Below the pieces are notes generated by a model. The model was not told where the DNA came from, ran no database searches, and saw only the letters and a program-made list of their open reading frames with translations. From Scenedesmus sp. PABB004 (taxonomy: Eukaryota): DNA of 64,000 bases. The position numbers and the translations under genes are program-made. Positions 11,156 to 23,597 of the stretch are shown in pieces. Location: positions 930,001-994,000 of the forward strand of contig CM026548.1 of assembly GCA_014905635.1 (NCBI GenBank), written 5' to 3'. How positions within the stretch are numbered: the stretch's first letter is position 1; every line of letters begins with the position of its first letter.

Positions 11156-12254
11156 GGCATTGGCTGCGCGCGGGGGTGCGGTGCGCGCGAGGGGCGGTGA
11201 GCCGGCAGGGCGGCAGCGCAGCGCACGTTGGCTGCGCGGCGGCGCCGCGCGAGCCGGCGTGGCAGCGACGGGCGGGGTGCGGCGCGCACCGGCGCGACGG
11301 GCGGGCGGCGGCGCGCGCCGACGCTGGGGGCTGCGCTGGGGCTGTGATCGGGCTGCGAGCGGCGCCCTGGGGCCGCGATCGGCGCCGATCTGCATCTGCG
11401 CCGCTGCCGCGCCGGCGCCGCCGGCGGCCGCCGCTGCAGCAACCGCTTCTAGCCGCCGCGCGCACCGAAATACGCATTGCACGTCGCGGACGGGCAGCCC
11501 TGCGCGGCCGCGCCGGCGGCAGCGCCCAGGAGGGCGAGGAGGGCGAGCTGCGCGAACATGGCTGCAGCGGGGTCGCGGGCAGGTGCGTCGACGAGATCTA
11601 AAAAATGATCGTGGTGCGCCGGGGGAGGCGGGCCAACATGGCAGACGCCGCGCCGGCGACCGCTGCGCCTCGACCGTTCGCGCGCCGGCGCCGGCGCCGG
11701 CGGCGGCGGGTGAGGCGCTCAGCGGTCCGCTGCGGAGGGCCGCCCTCTGTCTCGCTCCGCCCGGCCCGGCTCGCCGGCGTCGGCAACAGGCGCTCGCCGC
11801 CGTGCGCGCGCTCGCCCGGGCGCGCGCCGGCCGATGGGCGCAGCCGCAGCAGCAGCTTGGCCGCCGCGCGCTGGCCGGCCGGCAGGCCTGCGTCGGGGAC
11901 GCGAGAGGGCCGGCCGTCGCGCGCCGTGCGCGCGGCGCGATCGCGTCGTCGCAAATCGGCGACGCGACGCGCGCCGCAGCGCCCCGGCGGCGAGCCCGCG
12001 CGGCGCTGCTGCGCCGCCGCCGTCCACCACCTCCGGTGCGTCAGGCAGAGCGCCAGAGGCAGCGCCCAGGCGACGGCGCGCTGGGCGAGCAGTCGTCGCG
12101 GCCGCGGTCACAGCTTCCCCGGCCGCTGGTTGGCCTCCCACCGCCCGGTCGTGACCGCGCCCTGCTTTGCGCGGAGCTGGCGGCGTGCCGCAGCCGCGCG
12201 TGGGCGGGAGACGGATGGTGGCGCGCGTCCGCGCGGGCTGAACGCCCTCGGCCA

Positions 12255-15200
12255 ATGGGCACGCGGCGCGCCCCCGCGCTGGCGGGGGCGCTGCTGCTGG
12301 GCGTCCTGGGCGCCCTGGCCGCGCCGGCGGGCGCGCCGGCGGTCGCGCCGGCGGGCGTGGCCCACGTCTCCGATGAGGGCGCGCTCTGGGCCGCCCTGGC
12401 CGCGCCCGACGTGGCCAGCATCGTGCTGGAGCAGGACATCCTGTGGCAGCCGGGCACGCCGGAGCGCCTCGGCTACAGCCGGGAGCGCCCGCTGCGGCTC
12501 GCGCGCGCCGTCAACCTGACCAGCAGCCCGCCGTGGCGCCGGCTTGACTTTGCGTTCCTGGGCGACGGCCAGCTCCAGCTCGCGCCCGGCGTCATGCTGA
12601 GCATCAACGCCACCATCCTCGCGCACGCCAGGTCGCCGGCGCCGCGCGCTCGCAGCTCGCGCGCGCGCAGGCGCGCAGCTTCCGCGCGGCGCGCTGCGCG
12701 CAACCGCAACCGACGCCGCGCAACCGCCGCCGCCGCCGCAGCAGGTATGGGGTCGGCGTCGGCCTCGACTTCCTGGCCAACTCCCCCGGCGCGTTCCTGG
12801 TCCTGGCGGACTCGATCCAGATGCGCCTGGCCTGCGTGCCGACGTCGGGCGAGCCGGACGCCGTGCGCGTGCAGCCGCGCCTGCCGGGTGCGCGGCCGCG
12901 CGGCCCCGCGGCCGCGCGGCCCGCGGCCGCGCGCGGCGTCGCCGCCCCGCCGCGCGCCCTGCGCGCCGCCGCGCCCTGCGCACGACGCCCCGGCCGCGCG
13001 CGCCGCGCCCCGGCTGCGCAGGCTTCCCCGGGCACCAGGAGGCGCGGTACTTGGACCAGGTGTGCGTGCGCCGCGCGTGCTACTCCAACGCGCTGCGCTA
13101 CGACGACTACACCAAGCTCACGGGCACGCCCACCGAGGACACCGCGGCAGGTCCGCGCCGCGCGCCGCGCGGGCGCGGCGCCCGCCGCCGCAGAGCGCCG
13201 CGCGCGCGGCCGGCGCCACAACCCGCCCGCCAGCCCGCCGCTGTCACCCACCGCCCGCCCGCGCGCCGCCCAGGCGGCTACGCGATCATCATGCGAAACT
13301 TCACCAAGGTCTGCATGTCCTTTGTGCGCCAGTGCGCCGAGTCGACGGTGCACTCGGCGGAGCGCTGCGTGCAGGACGCGCTCGACGACCTCGCCGACGT
13401 GCCCACGCCGGGGCAGCGCGACGCGGCCGCGGCGGCGGCGAGCCGCCGCGCGGCCGCGCTCGCGGCGGGCCTCGGCGCGGGCCTCGGCGCCGCCGGCGCC
13501 GCCGCGGCGGCGGCGCTCGCGCTGCTGCTCTGGCGGCGGCGCCGGCGGGCGCGCCGGGGTGACGACGAGGAGGCGGTGCAGCGCAGGTCGGGCAAGCGCC
13601 TGGCCGGCCACAGCGGCAGCGGCGGCGGGCTGGCGTCAGCGTCGACCGGCAGCACGCCGGAGCCCCCGTGCGGCGCGGCGGCGGTGCTGGGTCCGCGCGG
13701 CAGTCCCGTGTGCGGGTGAGCGGCGCGGCGCGGCGCTGCGCGCGCCGGGCGGGCGCGCGGCCGCGGCGCGCGGCCGTCGACGGCGCCGCCGCCCGCAGGG
13801 GCAAGTCGGCGGCGTTTGATGCGACGTCCACGCCGCCCAGCGGCCACAACAGCTGGGAGCTGGCCGCGTGTAAGACGTCGCAGCACTTCCTGCACGCGAG
13901 CCAGCACCAGCACTCCGGCAGCGCCGAGCTCGGCGGCTGGCCGATGCGCGGCCCCCGCGGCGGCAGCCGCGGCAGCGGGCTGCTGAGCGGCGCGAGCGGC
14001 ACGAGCGGCGGCGCGCTGCCCGCGAGCGCCAGCACCGCCGACCTCATCGCCGGCACGTGCACCGGCAGCGACCGGGTCACGCTCGGCGTGCTCCTCGGCG
14101 CAGGTGCGCACGCCCAGCGGCGGCCGCGCCGCCGCCGCCGCAGCGCCGCCCCGGCCGCGCCGCCGCGCTGCGGCCGACGCGCGCCCGCGCGCGCCGCGCC
14201 GCCGCCGCCTGCCGCCCGCCGCGCCGGGCACAGGCAGCTACGGCCGTGTCTACCGGGGCCGCTGGCGGGGCATGGACGTCGCGGTCAAGGTGCTGCAGCA
14301 CTCCCGGCGAGCAGCCAACAGCGTGGCGAACGAGGTCGACCTCATGTGCGCAGCGCAGCGCACAGCACGCACAGCGCGCACAGCGCGCGGCGCACAGCGC
14401 ACGCGGAGGCCGGGGCCCCGCCCGCCGCCGCCGCCGCCGCGCTCGCGCCCTGGGGCGGTAGCGCGCGGCAGGGGCGGCAGCGCGGGCGCCGACGCCGCCT
14501 GCGCGCGCGCGTGGCGCCGCCCGCAGGATGGGATTCCGGCACCCGCACGTGGTGTCGGCGCACCACTTTGTGTCGTGGCGCAAGCGCGGCGGCCGCACGC
14601 TGGCCCTGCCCAAGGAGGCGCGTGCGCCCGCCCCGCCCCCGGGCGGCACCGTCGCGCGGCGCGGCCGTGGCGCCGGCCGCGCCGCCGGCAGCGGCGCCCG
14701 CCCGCTCACCCCGCCGCGCCGCGCCCGCCGCCGCGCCCTGCCCGCGCCCGTGCAGCTCGGCTCGGGGGACGCCTGGCTGGACGAGGCCGACACGCGCGCC
14801 GCGGCGGACGCGAGCGCGGGGGACTGGCCCGTCGAGGGCACGGGGGGCACAGAGTTCCAGGAGGAGCTGCTGGAGGACACGGTCACCTGGATTGTGCAGG
14901 AGTTTTGCGACGCCGGTGCGCGCGGGCCTGCCCGGCCGGCGCGGGCCTGCCCGGCCGGCGGGCCTGCGGCGGCGCACCGCACGCCCGCGAGTCGGCGGGG
15001 CCGGCCGCTCCGCCGCTCAGCGCGCGCGCTGCCGCCGGCGCCCCCGCAGGCAGCCTGGCGGAGTACCGGATCCACCCCAGCGACCGGCCGGGCGAGGAGC
15101 GGCTGCAGCTGCCGGACGGCCACGCCATGGTGCGCCGCCGCCGGCCCCGGCGACGCGCCGCTGACGCCGCTGCAGCTGCTGCTGCCGCTGCCGCCCGCCG

Positions 15201-15387
15201 CCGCACGGTGCTGCCTGCTGCTGCCGCTCACCGCCACCCCTCACCACCCCCACCCCCTCCCCCACAGCTGCGCCTGCTGTTCCGGCTGCGCGAGGTCGCG
15301 GACGGCATGTCGCACCTGCACGAGCGCGGCGTGGTGCACGGCGGTGCGTCCCCCTGTCGCACGGGCGCCGCGCCGCCTGCCTGCGTG

Positions 15388-15439
<52 letters not shown>

Positions 15440-16485
15440 CTGGCGCTAACCGCACACGGGCCGCCGCCGACGGTCACGCGCCACAGACCTCAAGTCGGGC
15501 AACGTGATGCTTTGCGTCTCGCCCTCCTCGCCCTACGGCCGCGTGGCAAAGATCACCGACTTTGGTCTGAGCCGGGCCTTCGCGAGCGGCCAGACGCACC
15601 GCAGCACGCACACGCTCGGCACAGTGCGGCGCCGCGCGGCGCAGCACACCGCCGCGTGCGCGCGCACGCGGGGCGCGGCGCCCCACGCCCGCGCGCGCGC
15701 GCGCCCGCAGGTCTCGCACATGGCGCCGGAGCTGCTGCGCTGGGGCAAGATGTCGCCGCCGGTCGACGTGTTCAGCTTTGGGATCATGAGTGCGCCCCGC
15801 GGCTGCCGCGGGCCCCCGCGCGCCCACACCCGCGACCCGCCCGGCGGCCCGGCCCGCCGCCGCCGGCCCTCGCCGCGCGGCCGAGCCCCGCCGCCGCCGC
15901 CGCCGCCGCCGCCGCTGCCGCCGCCGCCGCGCGCGCAGTGTGGGAGCTGCTCACCGGCCGCGCCGCCTACTCGGGGCAGCACTACGGCGCCATCATCGAG
16001 CACGTGGCGCTGCTCGGCGAGCGCCCCGCCGTGCCGGCCGCGGCGCCGGAGGACTTTTCTCTGCTCATGGGCTCCTGCTGGCACGCCGACCCCGCGCAGC
16101 GCCCCACGTTTGAGCAGGCGCGCGCGCGCGCGCCCGCTGCGGCTGGCGCGGGGGCGGGGGCGGGGGCTGCGCGGCGCGGCGCGGCGGGCCGCGCGCCCGC
16201 GCTGCGCGCCCACGCACCACCCCGCGCGCCCGCGCCGCCGCGCCGCCGCCGTTGCCGCGGCCACAGGTGGTTCGCTGCCTGGACATCATGATCACCGCGC
16301 GGCAGCAGGAGCTGGCCGAGGCCAAGAGCGGCAGCGGCCTGTTTGACGGCCCGCTGCGCGACTCGCCGGCGCCCGCCGGCAGCGGCGGCCCGGCCTGCGT
16401 GCCCGCCGGCAGCGGCAGCCCGGCATGCGCGCGCGCCGGCAGCGGCAGCCTCGCGGGCGCGCGCACGGGCAGCGGCAGCCTCGCG

Positions 16486-16527
<42 letters not shown>

Positions 16528-16821
16528 GGCAGCTTGCTGGGCATGTCCCAGCTGTCGGCGAGCAGTGGCGAGTTTGACATGCTGCTTCGCGGCGGCCACT
16601 CTCTCTCTGGCAGCAGGCTGGCGCGGCAGACGTCGCCCCAGGTGCTCGTGCTGCGCAGCGGCAGCGGCGGGCTCGGCGCCTCTGGCGAGCACATCTCTGG
16701 CGGCGCCGGCGTCTCGGCGGGCGCGTTTGCGGCCGTGCAGCGGCAGCGCCAGCAGGCGCCGCTGCGGGGGCCGGCCGGAGCGCTGCCAGACGGCGGCCCG
16801 CACGGCCCGCAGGACCTCTGA
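12255..16821 (+). CDS. Receptor-like Ser/Thr kinase (TKL group): signal peptide, Cys-containing ectodomain, TM helix, kinase domain
   Basis: Signal [35 protein letters not shown] followed by RRRRR. Kinase motifs LGAG|SYGRVY, VAVK, HG|DLKSGN, DFG, T|VSHMAPE, DVFSFG and RPTFEQ are all recovered by splicing. Confidence 0.92.
15375..15440 (+). repeat. (GCCT)n intronic microsatellite
   Basis: Directly visible in the kinase intron. Confidence 0.95.
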
Positions 16822-17638
16822 GCGGCCGCGCGCGGCGCTCGCCCCCCCGCCGGCGGCGGCGCCTGCTGCCCGGCCGGCGATTGGGGGACGGCTGGGATGG
16901 CGGCTGGGCGGCTCCGGCGGGCCATGATGGAATCATGTCGGCACTTGGATGCCTGGGGCTGACGGCTCGTCTGGGCACACCGTCGTGAGAGTGAACACTT
17001 GTCAGCAGGCCCACCTTGCTCATGCTTGCCGCGCGATGCGCACTCTGCATCAGTGCCGCTACCAGGGGCCTCGCGCCCTGGACGGCTTGCTATAGCCATC
17101 CGCCAGTGCGCGCGCGCGTGCGCTTGGCGGGGGGAGTGCGCGTCGGCAGTGTCTTATCGGGGGGAGGCCGGCCGCACCTCTCAATTGCTTGGGCTTCCTG
17201 CGCGGGCCGGCACCGGGCGCGGGCGTGCGCACGTGGCGCGCGGCCATGTATGGCCGCCGAAGCTCGGGCGGTGGCGCCGCCACCTCGTCTTGTGCAGGAC
17301 TGATGATGATGCCTCGCCGATCGGTCGGGGGGGCTGTGCTGCTGCCCCAGCGCCAGCTCAGCTCAGGGGGCGCGCAGCCGCGCGCGCGGCGGCGGCCCAC
17401 TCTCCCTCAAACCCAAGCTCGGTGTGCTGTCTATCGCTCGATCGATCGTGGCCCGGGGCCAGCAGCGGCTGTATGACTGTTGTGCGCGAGCCTGTCGACG
17501 GCGCGTGGGCTATCGGGCGCCGCTGGACTTGCCGGCCTTGCCGGCCGGCGGGTTGTGGGGACGCGGCGGGAGGCAAAGTTGCAGCGAGGAGCCCGATCCA
17601 CCGCCTGCCCGCCCCGCACCGCCGCGGCGCCGCCGCGG

Positions 17639-20496
17639 TCAGTGCAGCGCCGCGAGCGCGAGCCACGCTGCGGCCGCGCCCGCGAGCGCCGCCGCGCCGC
17701 GCCCGCCGCGCCGCGCGCCGCCGCCGGCGCCGCTGAGCGACGGCGGCGCGTCGCCGCGGCCGTCCTCGAGCCCCGCGGCCTTGCAGTCGTCCCACGACAC
17801 GCCCGCGTCGGCGAGCCCGGCGAGCATGCCGGTGAAGCCGGCGTTCCAGTCGAGCGCGACCTCGGCCTTTTCAAAGTCCCAGCGCAGGTCCTCATACGCG
17901 TCGTCCTTTGTCGGCCCGCCCACGAGCGCGCCGTAGATGGTGTTGGGGTTGCACCCGGGGTTGAAGTACGCGGTGCAGTCGCACGGCTGCCCCGGCGGCC
18001 CCGGCGCGACGCACGACGCGCCGCGGTGGTGCGGGCGGCACGGCGGGTTGGTCCCGATGCCGACCACGTAGCTGCGCCCCGTCTCGCCGAGCATGATGCG
18101 CGCCTGCTTGCGCGCAAAGCACGTGTACGCGCGCGCGCGGCTGCCGCCGGGGTAGGCCTTGTTGTGCAGCAGGCCCATGAGCGCCTGGTTGGCCACGTAG
18201 CGCAGGTTGCCCCACGAGTCAATCCAGGCCATGCCCTGCGCGCGCGTGGCGCGCGTCGCGCCGCGCCGCGCAGCAGTCGGGGCGAGCGGGGCTCGGCGGC
18301 GGCGCGCCCCGGCGCTGCACCCCGCGCCGCGCAGCGCCCATGACGCCGGCGCCGTCCCCCAGCACCGCCCCAGCGCCGCCGCGCCGCGCCTTGGGCGAGT
18401 ATGTGATGTTGCTCTGGCCGCCGAGCCAGAGCGCCATGACGTCGCGGATCGGCTGCGTGTAGCCGGACTTGCCGTTGGGCACGAGCTGCGACAGCAGGTA
18501 GCCGGTCGGCTGTACCATGTTGTTGTAGTCAAACCTGGCCAGCAGCGCGCCGGCCGGCGCGGATCACGCGCCGCGCGTCACGCGGCGCGGGCGGGCGCGG
18601 CGCGGCGCCGCCCAGCCCGGCCGCGCTGGCGCACCGCCGGCCCTCGCCGCCGCCCTCGACCATCCAGTGGCGGTCGTAGTAAAACTTTGCCTCCTCGAGC
18701 GCGTCGGCGGTGTCGGGCTGGCGCCGCGCGAGCCACGCGGCCGCCCAGGCGAGGTCGTCGATGTAAGAGTACGAGTCGTAGTAGCCCCGCACCTCGGGGA
18801 TGGACGACGAGTAGAGGCCCTCCGAGTCGATCGCCTGCCGACGCAGGGAGCGGCGCGGCGCGGCGCGCGGCGCCCGGTGGCGTGCGGCGCGGGGGCGCGG
18901 GGGTGGGCTGCGCGGCGCGCGCGCGGGCGGGGCGGGCAGCGCTGCGCGGCGCGTGCGCGCGCAGGGCCCTGGGCTCTGCCAGGGGCGAGCGCCGGCGGCG
19001 GCGCGCCTGGCGGTAGAGGCCTTCGGCGGCGTCGAGCAGCTCCCGGGAGTAGTCGGGGTCGCGCTCCACGAACACGACGCTCACCGCCGCGAGCGCCGCG
19101 GCGGCCTGCGCGAGCAGGTCGGCGCCGCGCTGCGGCGCCACGAGCGAGCGCACCGCGCTCGCGCCGGGCATCTCCTCGGGCCGCGTCCACATGAGGTGCG
19201 ACGCGCGCACGTCGGGCGCGGCGCCGGGCAGCCACGTGACCGCGACGAGCGCGCCGTCGGCGTAGCGCGCCTTGAGCAGCCAGTCGGCGCCCCAGCGCAG
19301 CGTTTCGAGCATGTGGTCCGTCTGCGCGGCGCGGCGCGGGGGTCTGCGTGTGGGCATGCAGCTGCGGCGCAGCGGCAGCACCCCGCGCGCGTGGCGGCTC
19401 GCTTGCGCCGGCTCGCCCGCGCCGGGCACACTGCGCGGCGCGCCGCGCGCGCCTGGCCCGCGCCGTCAAAGGCCTCGGGAAACTCCAGAAAGCCGAGCGC
19501 GAGCGTGGAGACGGTGAAGGCGGCGGGGAAGGTGAAGCGCGTCGCGTCGCCGGCGTCGTACCTGGGCGGCGGCGCGGCGGCGCGTGCGGTCGGCCGGCCG
19601 CCGGCGGCGCGCCGCGCGCTGCTTCGCGCAGGCGTCCGGGAGTGCGCGCGCGTGTGAGGGCGCGCAAGGCGGCGGCGCGCACCAGCCGCCGGCAATGCTC
19701 TGCCCGTTGGGCGACTTGTCGGCGAGCGCCGAGTCGCCGCGCCAGGGGACGCGGTTGCCCGCGGGCAGGCGGCCGCTGCGCTGCGCGTCGTAGAAGAGCA
19801 GCGAGGCGCCGAGCACGCAGGCGTAGTCAAAGTCGCCGCTGGCCGCGAGCCGCGTGCACATCGGCGCCGCGGCGTCGTCGGCGGTCTTCGACGCGACCGC
19901 GAGCGCCGGCGGCAGCCCGCCGCCGCACGACCAGCACGTGTCGCCACTCGTGGGGATGCCGGAGCACGCGGTGCCCGCGGGGCAGCACGCGCCCGCCCAC
20001 GCGGTGTTGTTGCAGCTCGCAAACGCGGAGCAGTTGCCCGCGGGGTTGGTCATGTTGCCGCCGCACTGCTGCCCCGCGCCAAACACGGCCGCGCACGCGC
20101 CCGCCGCCGGCCGCGCCGTGGGGATGGCCTGCACGCTGGGGAAGGCCGCGGCCGCCGCCGCGGGCGCGGCCGGCAGCGGCGCGCCGAGCTGGGCGGTGCC
20201 CGTCGGCAGCAGGTCGACGCCGGCTGCGGCGGCGGGCGGCGAGCGGCGGGCCCGCCCGGGCGGCGGTTGGCGGCCCGCCCGCGCGGCGGCGCCCCCGGCG
20301 CGGCGGCGCCCCCGGCGCGGCGGCGCGCGCCGCGGCGGCCGGTCGCCCGCAGGCGCCGCTCGCCGCCGCCGGCCCACCACCCACCTGGGACGGGCGCGCC
20401 GCTGCTGCGGCGCACGGCGGCGCCCGCCAGCAGCAGCGCGGCCAGCGCGCGCCAGCTCCGCCCGGCTGGCCCGGGTCTGGCGGGCCTGGTGGCCAT
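17639..20496 (-). CDS. Glycoside hydrolase family 9 endoglucanase with signal peptide, N-terminal Cys-rich CBM1-like module and hydrophobic C-terminal tail
   Basis: GH9 motifs LLFYDAQRSGRLP, WRGDS, GGW|YDAGD, LRWGADWLLK, RPHHRGASC and GALVGGP..D.Y.D.R.D....EVALDWNA (catalytic D/D/E present). QQCGG...C...C...W...CCP...C...WSC module upstream. Confidence 0.95.
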
Positions 20497-21005
20497 CGCA
20501 GGGGGCGATGGGGCGCCCTGGCCGCTCCCCAGGCGCCCGGTGAGGCGCTCTGCTGCCGCCGCCCGCTGGTGCCACGCGCGCTCCGGGCCCGGCGCGGCGT
20601 CCCTGAGCGCGGGAGCGAGGTCTAGCAGCACCACAGCACTGCGGCAGCGGGAGTCCGCGGGCGGGCGTCCGGCTGTGGCACCGGCGGGAGGCTCGCGAGC
20701 GCCTCCACGGCTCGCTCGGGTGCACAGCGAGGCGGGGAGGCCCGGTGACGGTGAGTGGCGGGCCGCCGGCAGCGCGGGGCGCCGCGCATTGCCGGCCTGG
20801 CACCAAAAGTGGAACCGCGCCGCTCGAAACGCCTGCGCCGGCTGTCGCGCGCCGCCGCTGCCCGCCCTGGTCCGCGCGTGCCTGCCGTCCCATCCAGACG
20901 CCGCCCGTCCCGCCTCCCCCTCCGCCCCCGGGCCCCGGAGCAGGATCAGGCGCTGCGCGGCAGCGCGCGACAGCAGCGCGGCCGGCGCCCTGAGAAGCAG
21001 CCGCG

Positions 21006-23349
21006 ATGAGCGCGCTGGGGAAGAACGGCTTCAACCTGCCCAAGCTTCGCAAGGAGCTGGTCGCGGGAAAGCCCGGCGGCCAGGCGTCGCGCGGCAGGGC
21101 CGACGGCGCCGCTGCGGCGCCGCCGCTGCCGGAGGCGGAGCCCGAGAACGCGGCGCCGGCCGGCTCGCCGGACGCTGCGGCGGCACAGCAGGGCGTGCCG
21201 CCGGCGGCAGCGGCGGCGGCCGCGGCGGCGCCCGGCACGGCGCACAAGCCCAAGCGCGCCAAGCCGCGCGGCGCGGCCCGGCACAGCGAGGCGCCGACGG
21301 TCTACCACGATGCCCTGCAGTCGCCCGCCGACGGCGCCGCGCCGCGCAGGCAGCAGCAGCAGCCGCGCGGCGCGCGTGGCGGCCGCACGGCGGCCGCTGC
21401 CGCCGAGCCGGCCGCCGGTGGCGCGCCGGACGGCGCCGACCTGTTCGCGACGCAGCCCGAGCCCATGGAGCTGAGTGACGACGAGCCGCCGCTGGCGCCC
21501 GTGCAGGAGGAGGAGGCGCCGGCGGCCGCGGCGCCCGGCCGGCGCGGCAGCGGCGGCCGGCGCGGCAGCGGCAGCGGCGGCCGCGCCGGCCGCGCCGGCC
21601 GCGCGCGCAAGCCCAGCCCGCCGTCGACGGCGGGCAGCCCCGGCTCGCCGGGCAGCGCCGAGCACGGCGACGCGCCGCAGCAGGCGGCCGGCAGCACGGC
21701 CATGCGCGACGGCCAGCAGATCTTCAGGTGCGCGCACGGGCGGCCCGGGGCGGCGGCGCGCCCCGCCGTGCCCAGCTCAGCCCGGGGCAGCCGCTGCGAG
21801 CGGCCCGGCTGCGCGCTGACGCCGCCGCCCTGCCCGGCCGGCCCTGGCCCGGCCCGCGCCGCAGGTCGATGCAGCAGCTGGCGGAGGACGCGGCCGAGCT
21901 GCTGCCGCAGGAGGCCGAGGCGAAGAAGCGCGGCCGCGGGCGCGCCAAGAAGGACCTGCGGCTCGTCGACGCGCTGCACCAGTGCTGGAACGGCAAGGTG
22001 CGTACGCGTGCGCGTGCGCGCGCGCTAAGCGGCCGGCGCGGGAGGCGGCGAGGTGCGCGCGCGCGCTGCGCCTCGCGCCGAGCACGCTGCGCCCCCGCCC
22101 CGCCCCGCGCGGCGCCGCGCAGAGCTACTACGAGCGGCTGCAGGAGATCACGCGCCCGGAGGCGGAGGAGGCGGAGGAGGCGGCCGCGGTGGCGGCGGGG
22201 GCGGGGCCCGAGTATCGCCCCGCCGGCCCGGGCGCCGCGGGCGCCGCGCCGCCCGCGGCGGCGGGCGGCGAGGCCGGCGCTGCCGGCGGCGGCGCGCGCA
22301 AGCGCAAGACGGCGCGCCCGAGCGCGCGGCCGGTGCCCGCGGGCGAGGCGGCGCGCGGTGGCGAGGCGGGGCTCGCGGCGGTGGGCGAGGAGGCCGAGGA
22401 GGGCGGCGGGGCGGCGGCCGCCGCCCCCGCCGCCAAGCGCCGCGCCACTGCGGGCGCCAAGGCTGCCGCAGGCAGCGCCGCCGTGGCGCTCGCGGCGGCG
22501 GGCGCGGGCGGGGGCGCGCGGGGGCGGCGCATGACGATCGCAGTGCCCGGCGCCGGCGCCACCCGGGGCAGCCCTGGTGGCGCGGGCCGGCCTGGCAGCC
22601 GGCCGCTGGCCTGGCCCGACAGCGGCACGCCCGTCGGCGGCGCGCCCGCCGCGGAGCGCCCGCCCTGGAGCGTGGGCGGCGCCGCCGCCGCGGCCGGCGC
22701 CGCCGCGGGCGCGGCGGGCAAGGCCGAGCGCGGCGCGCTGCAGCGGCTGCAGGCCGCGCTGGACGCCAAGAGCGAGGAGCTGTCCGGCGCCAGGGAGCAG
22801 CTCAGGGAGGCGCAGGTGAGCTCCTGAGGGCGCAGGCGCCGTGAGCTCGGCCCGGCAACGCACGGGGCGCCAGCAGCTCACGCCCGCCGCCGCCGCGCGC
22901 CGCCCGGCAGGAGCTGGTGGCGCGGCTGCGCGCGGACGGCAAGGCGCACCCCCAGGCCCTGCAGCAGCTGGAGAAGCAGCGGCTCGCGCTCGAGAAGCGT
23001 GTCGACGCCGGCGACCGCAAGCAGGCGCGGTCGGCGCGGGGCGCCGCCGCGGGTGCCTGGCTTGCCGCCGCGCCGGCCGCGCGGGGTGAGCGCCCACTCA
23101 CGCGCGCGCCGCCGCCACCCACAGGCGGCGCTCGAGCGCGACAACGCGGCGCTGCACGAGCGCCTGGCCAAGCAGGACGGCGAGCGGGCGGCGCTGCAGG
23201 AGCAGCTGGCGCGGAGCGAGAAGGAGGGCAAGGCCCTGCGCCTGAAGCTCAAGCAGGCCGCGGTGCGCCTGGACCGCTGCCAGGCGCTCGGCGCGCGGCT
23301 CGCTGAGATGGGCGCGCAGCTCACGGCGGACGCAAAGCCGATTGAGTGA
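21006..23349 (+). CDS. Hypothetical protein, low-complexity, with AT-hook-like KRGRGRAKK and a C-terminal coiled coil
   Basis: Five exons with consensus splice sites join in frame (one GC donor near 23025). The C-terminus is rich in E/K/R/Q/L heptads and ends AKPIE*. No family recognised. Confidence 0.65.
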
Positions 23350-23597
23350 GAGCCGCCGGGCGCCGGGCGGCGGCTGTGCACGGCACGGCGGGCGCGCGCT
23401 GTGGGGCCGGGGGCGTCAATCACCTGACGTCACCGTGCGACTGCGGGCAATCGCGCCCGCGGTCGTGCTGGTGCGCGCCCACGCGCTCGGCCGTGCGGGG
23501 GGCTCAGTGCTCAGTGCTCAAACATTATTGACGGATCGTAAAGAAGAAGAATGCCACAGCCTGCAGGCCGCCTGCCGAGGCCGCCGCGACGCCTCGC

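Noticed and set aside
17295..17420. TGATGA box C-like motif suggesting a C/D snoRNA
   Set aside because: It is part of a short TGA trinucleotide run. I found no suitably placed CTGA box D or terminal stem.
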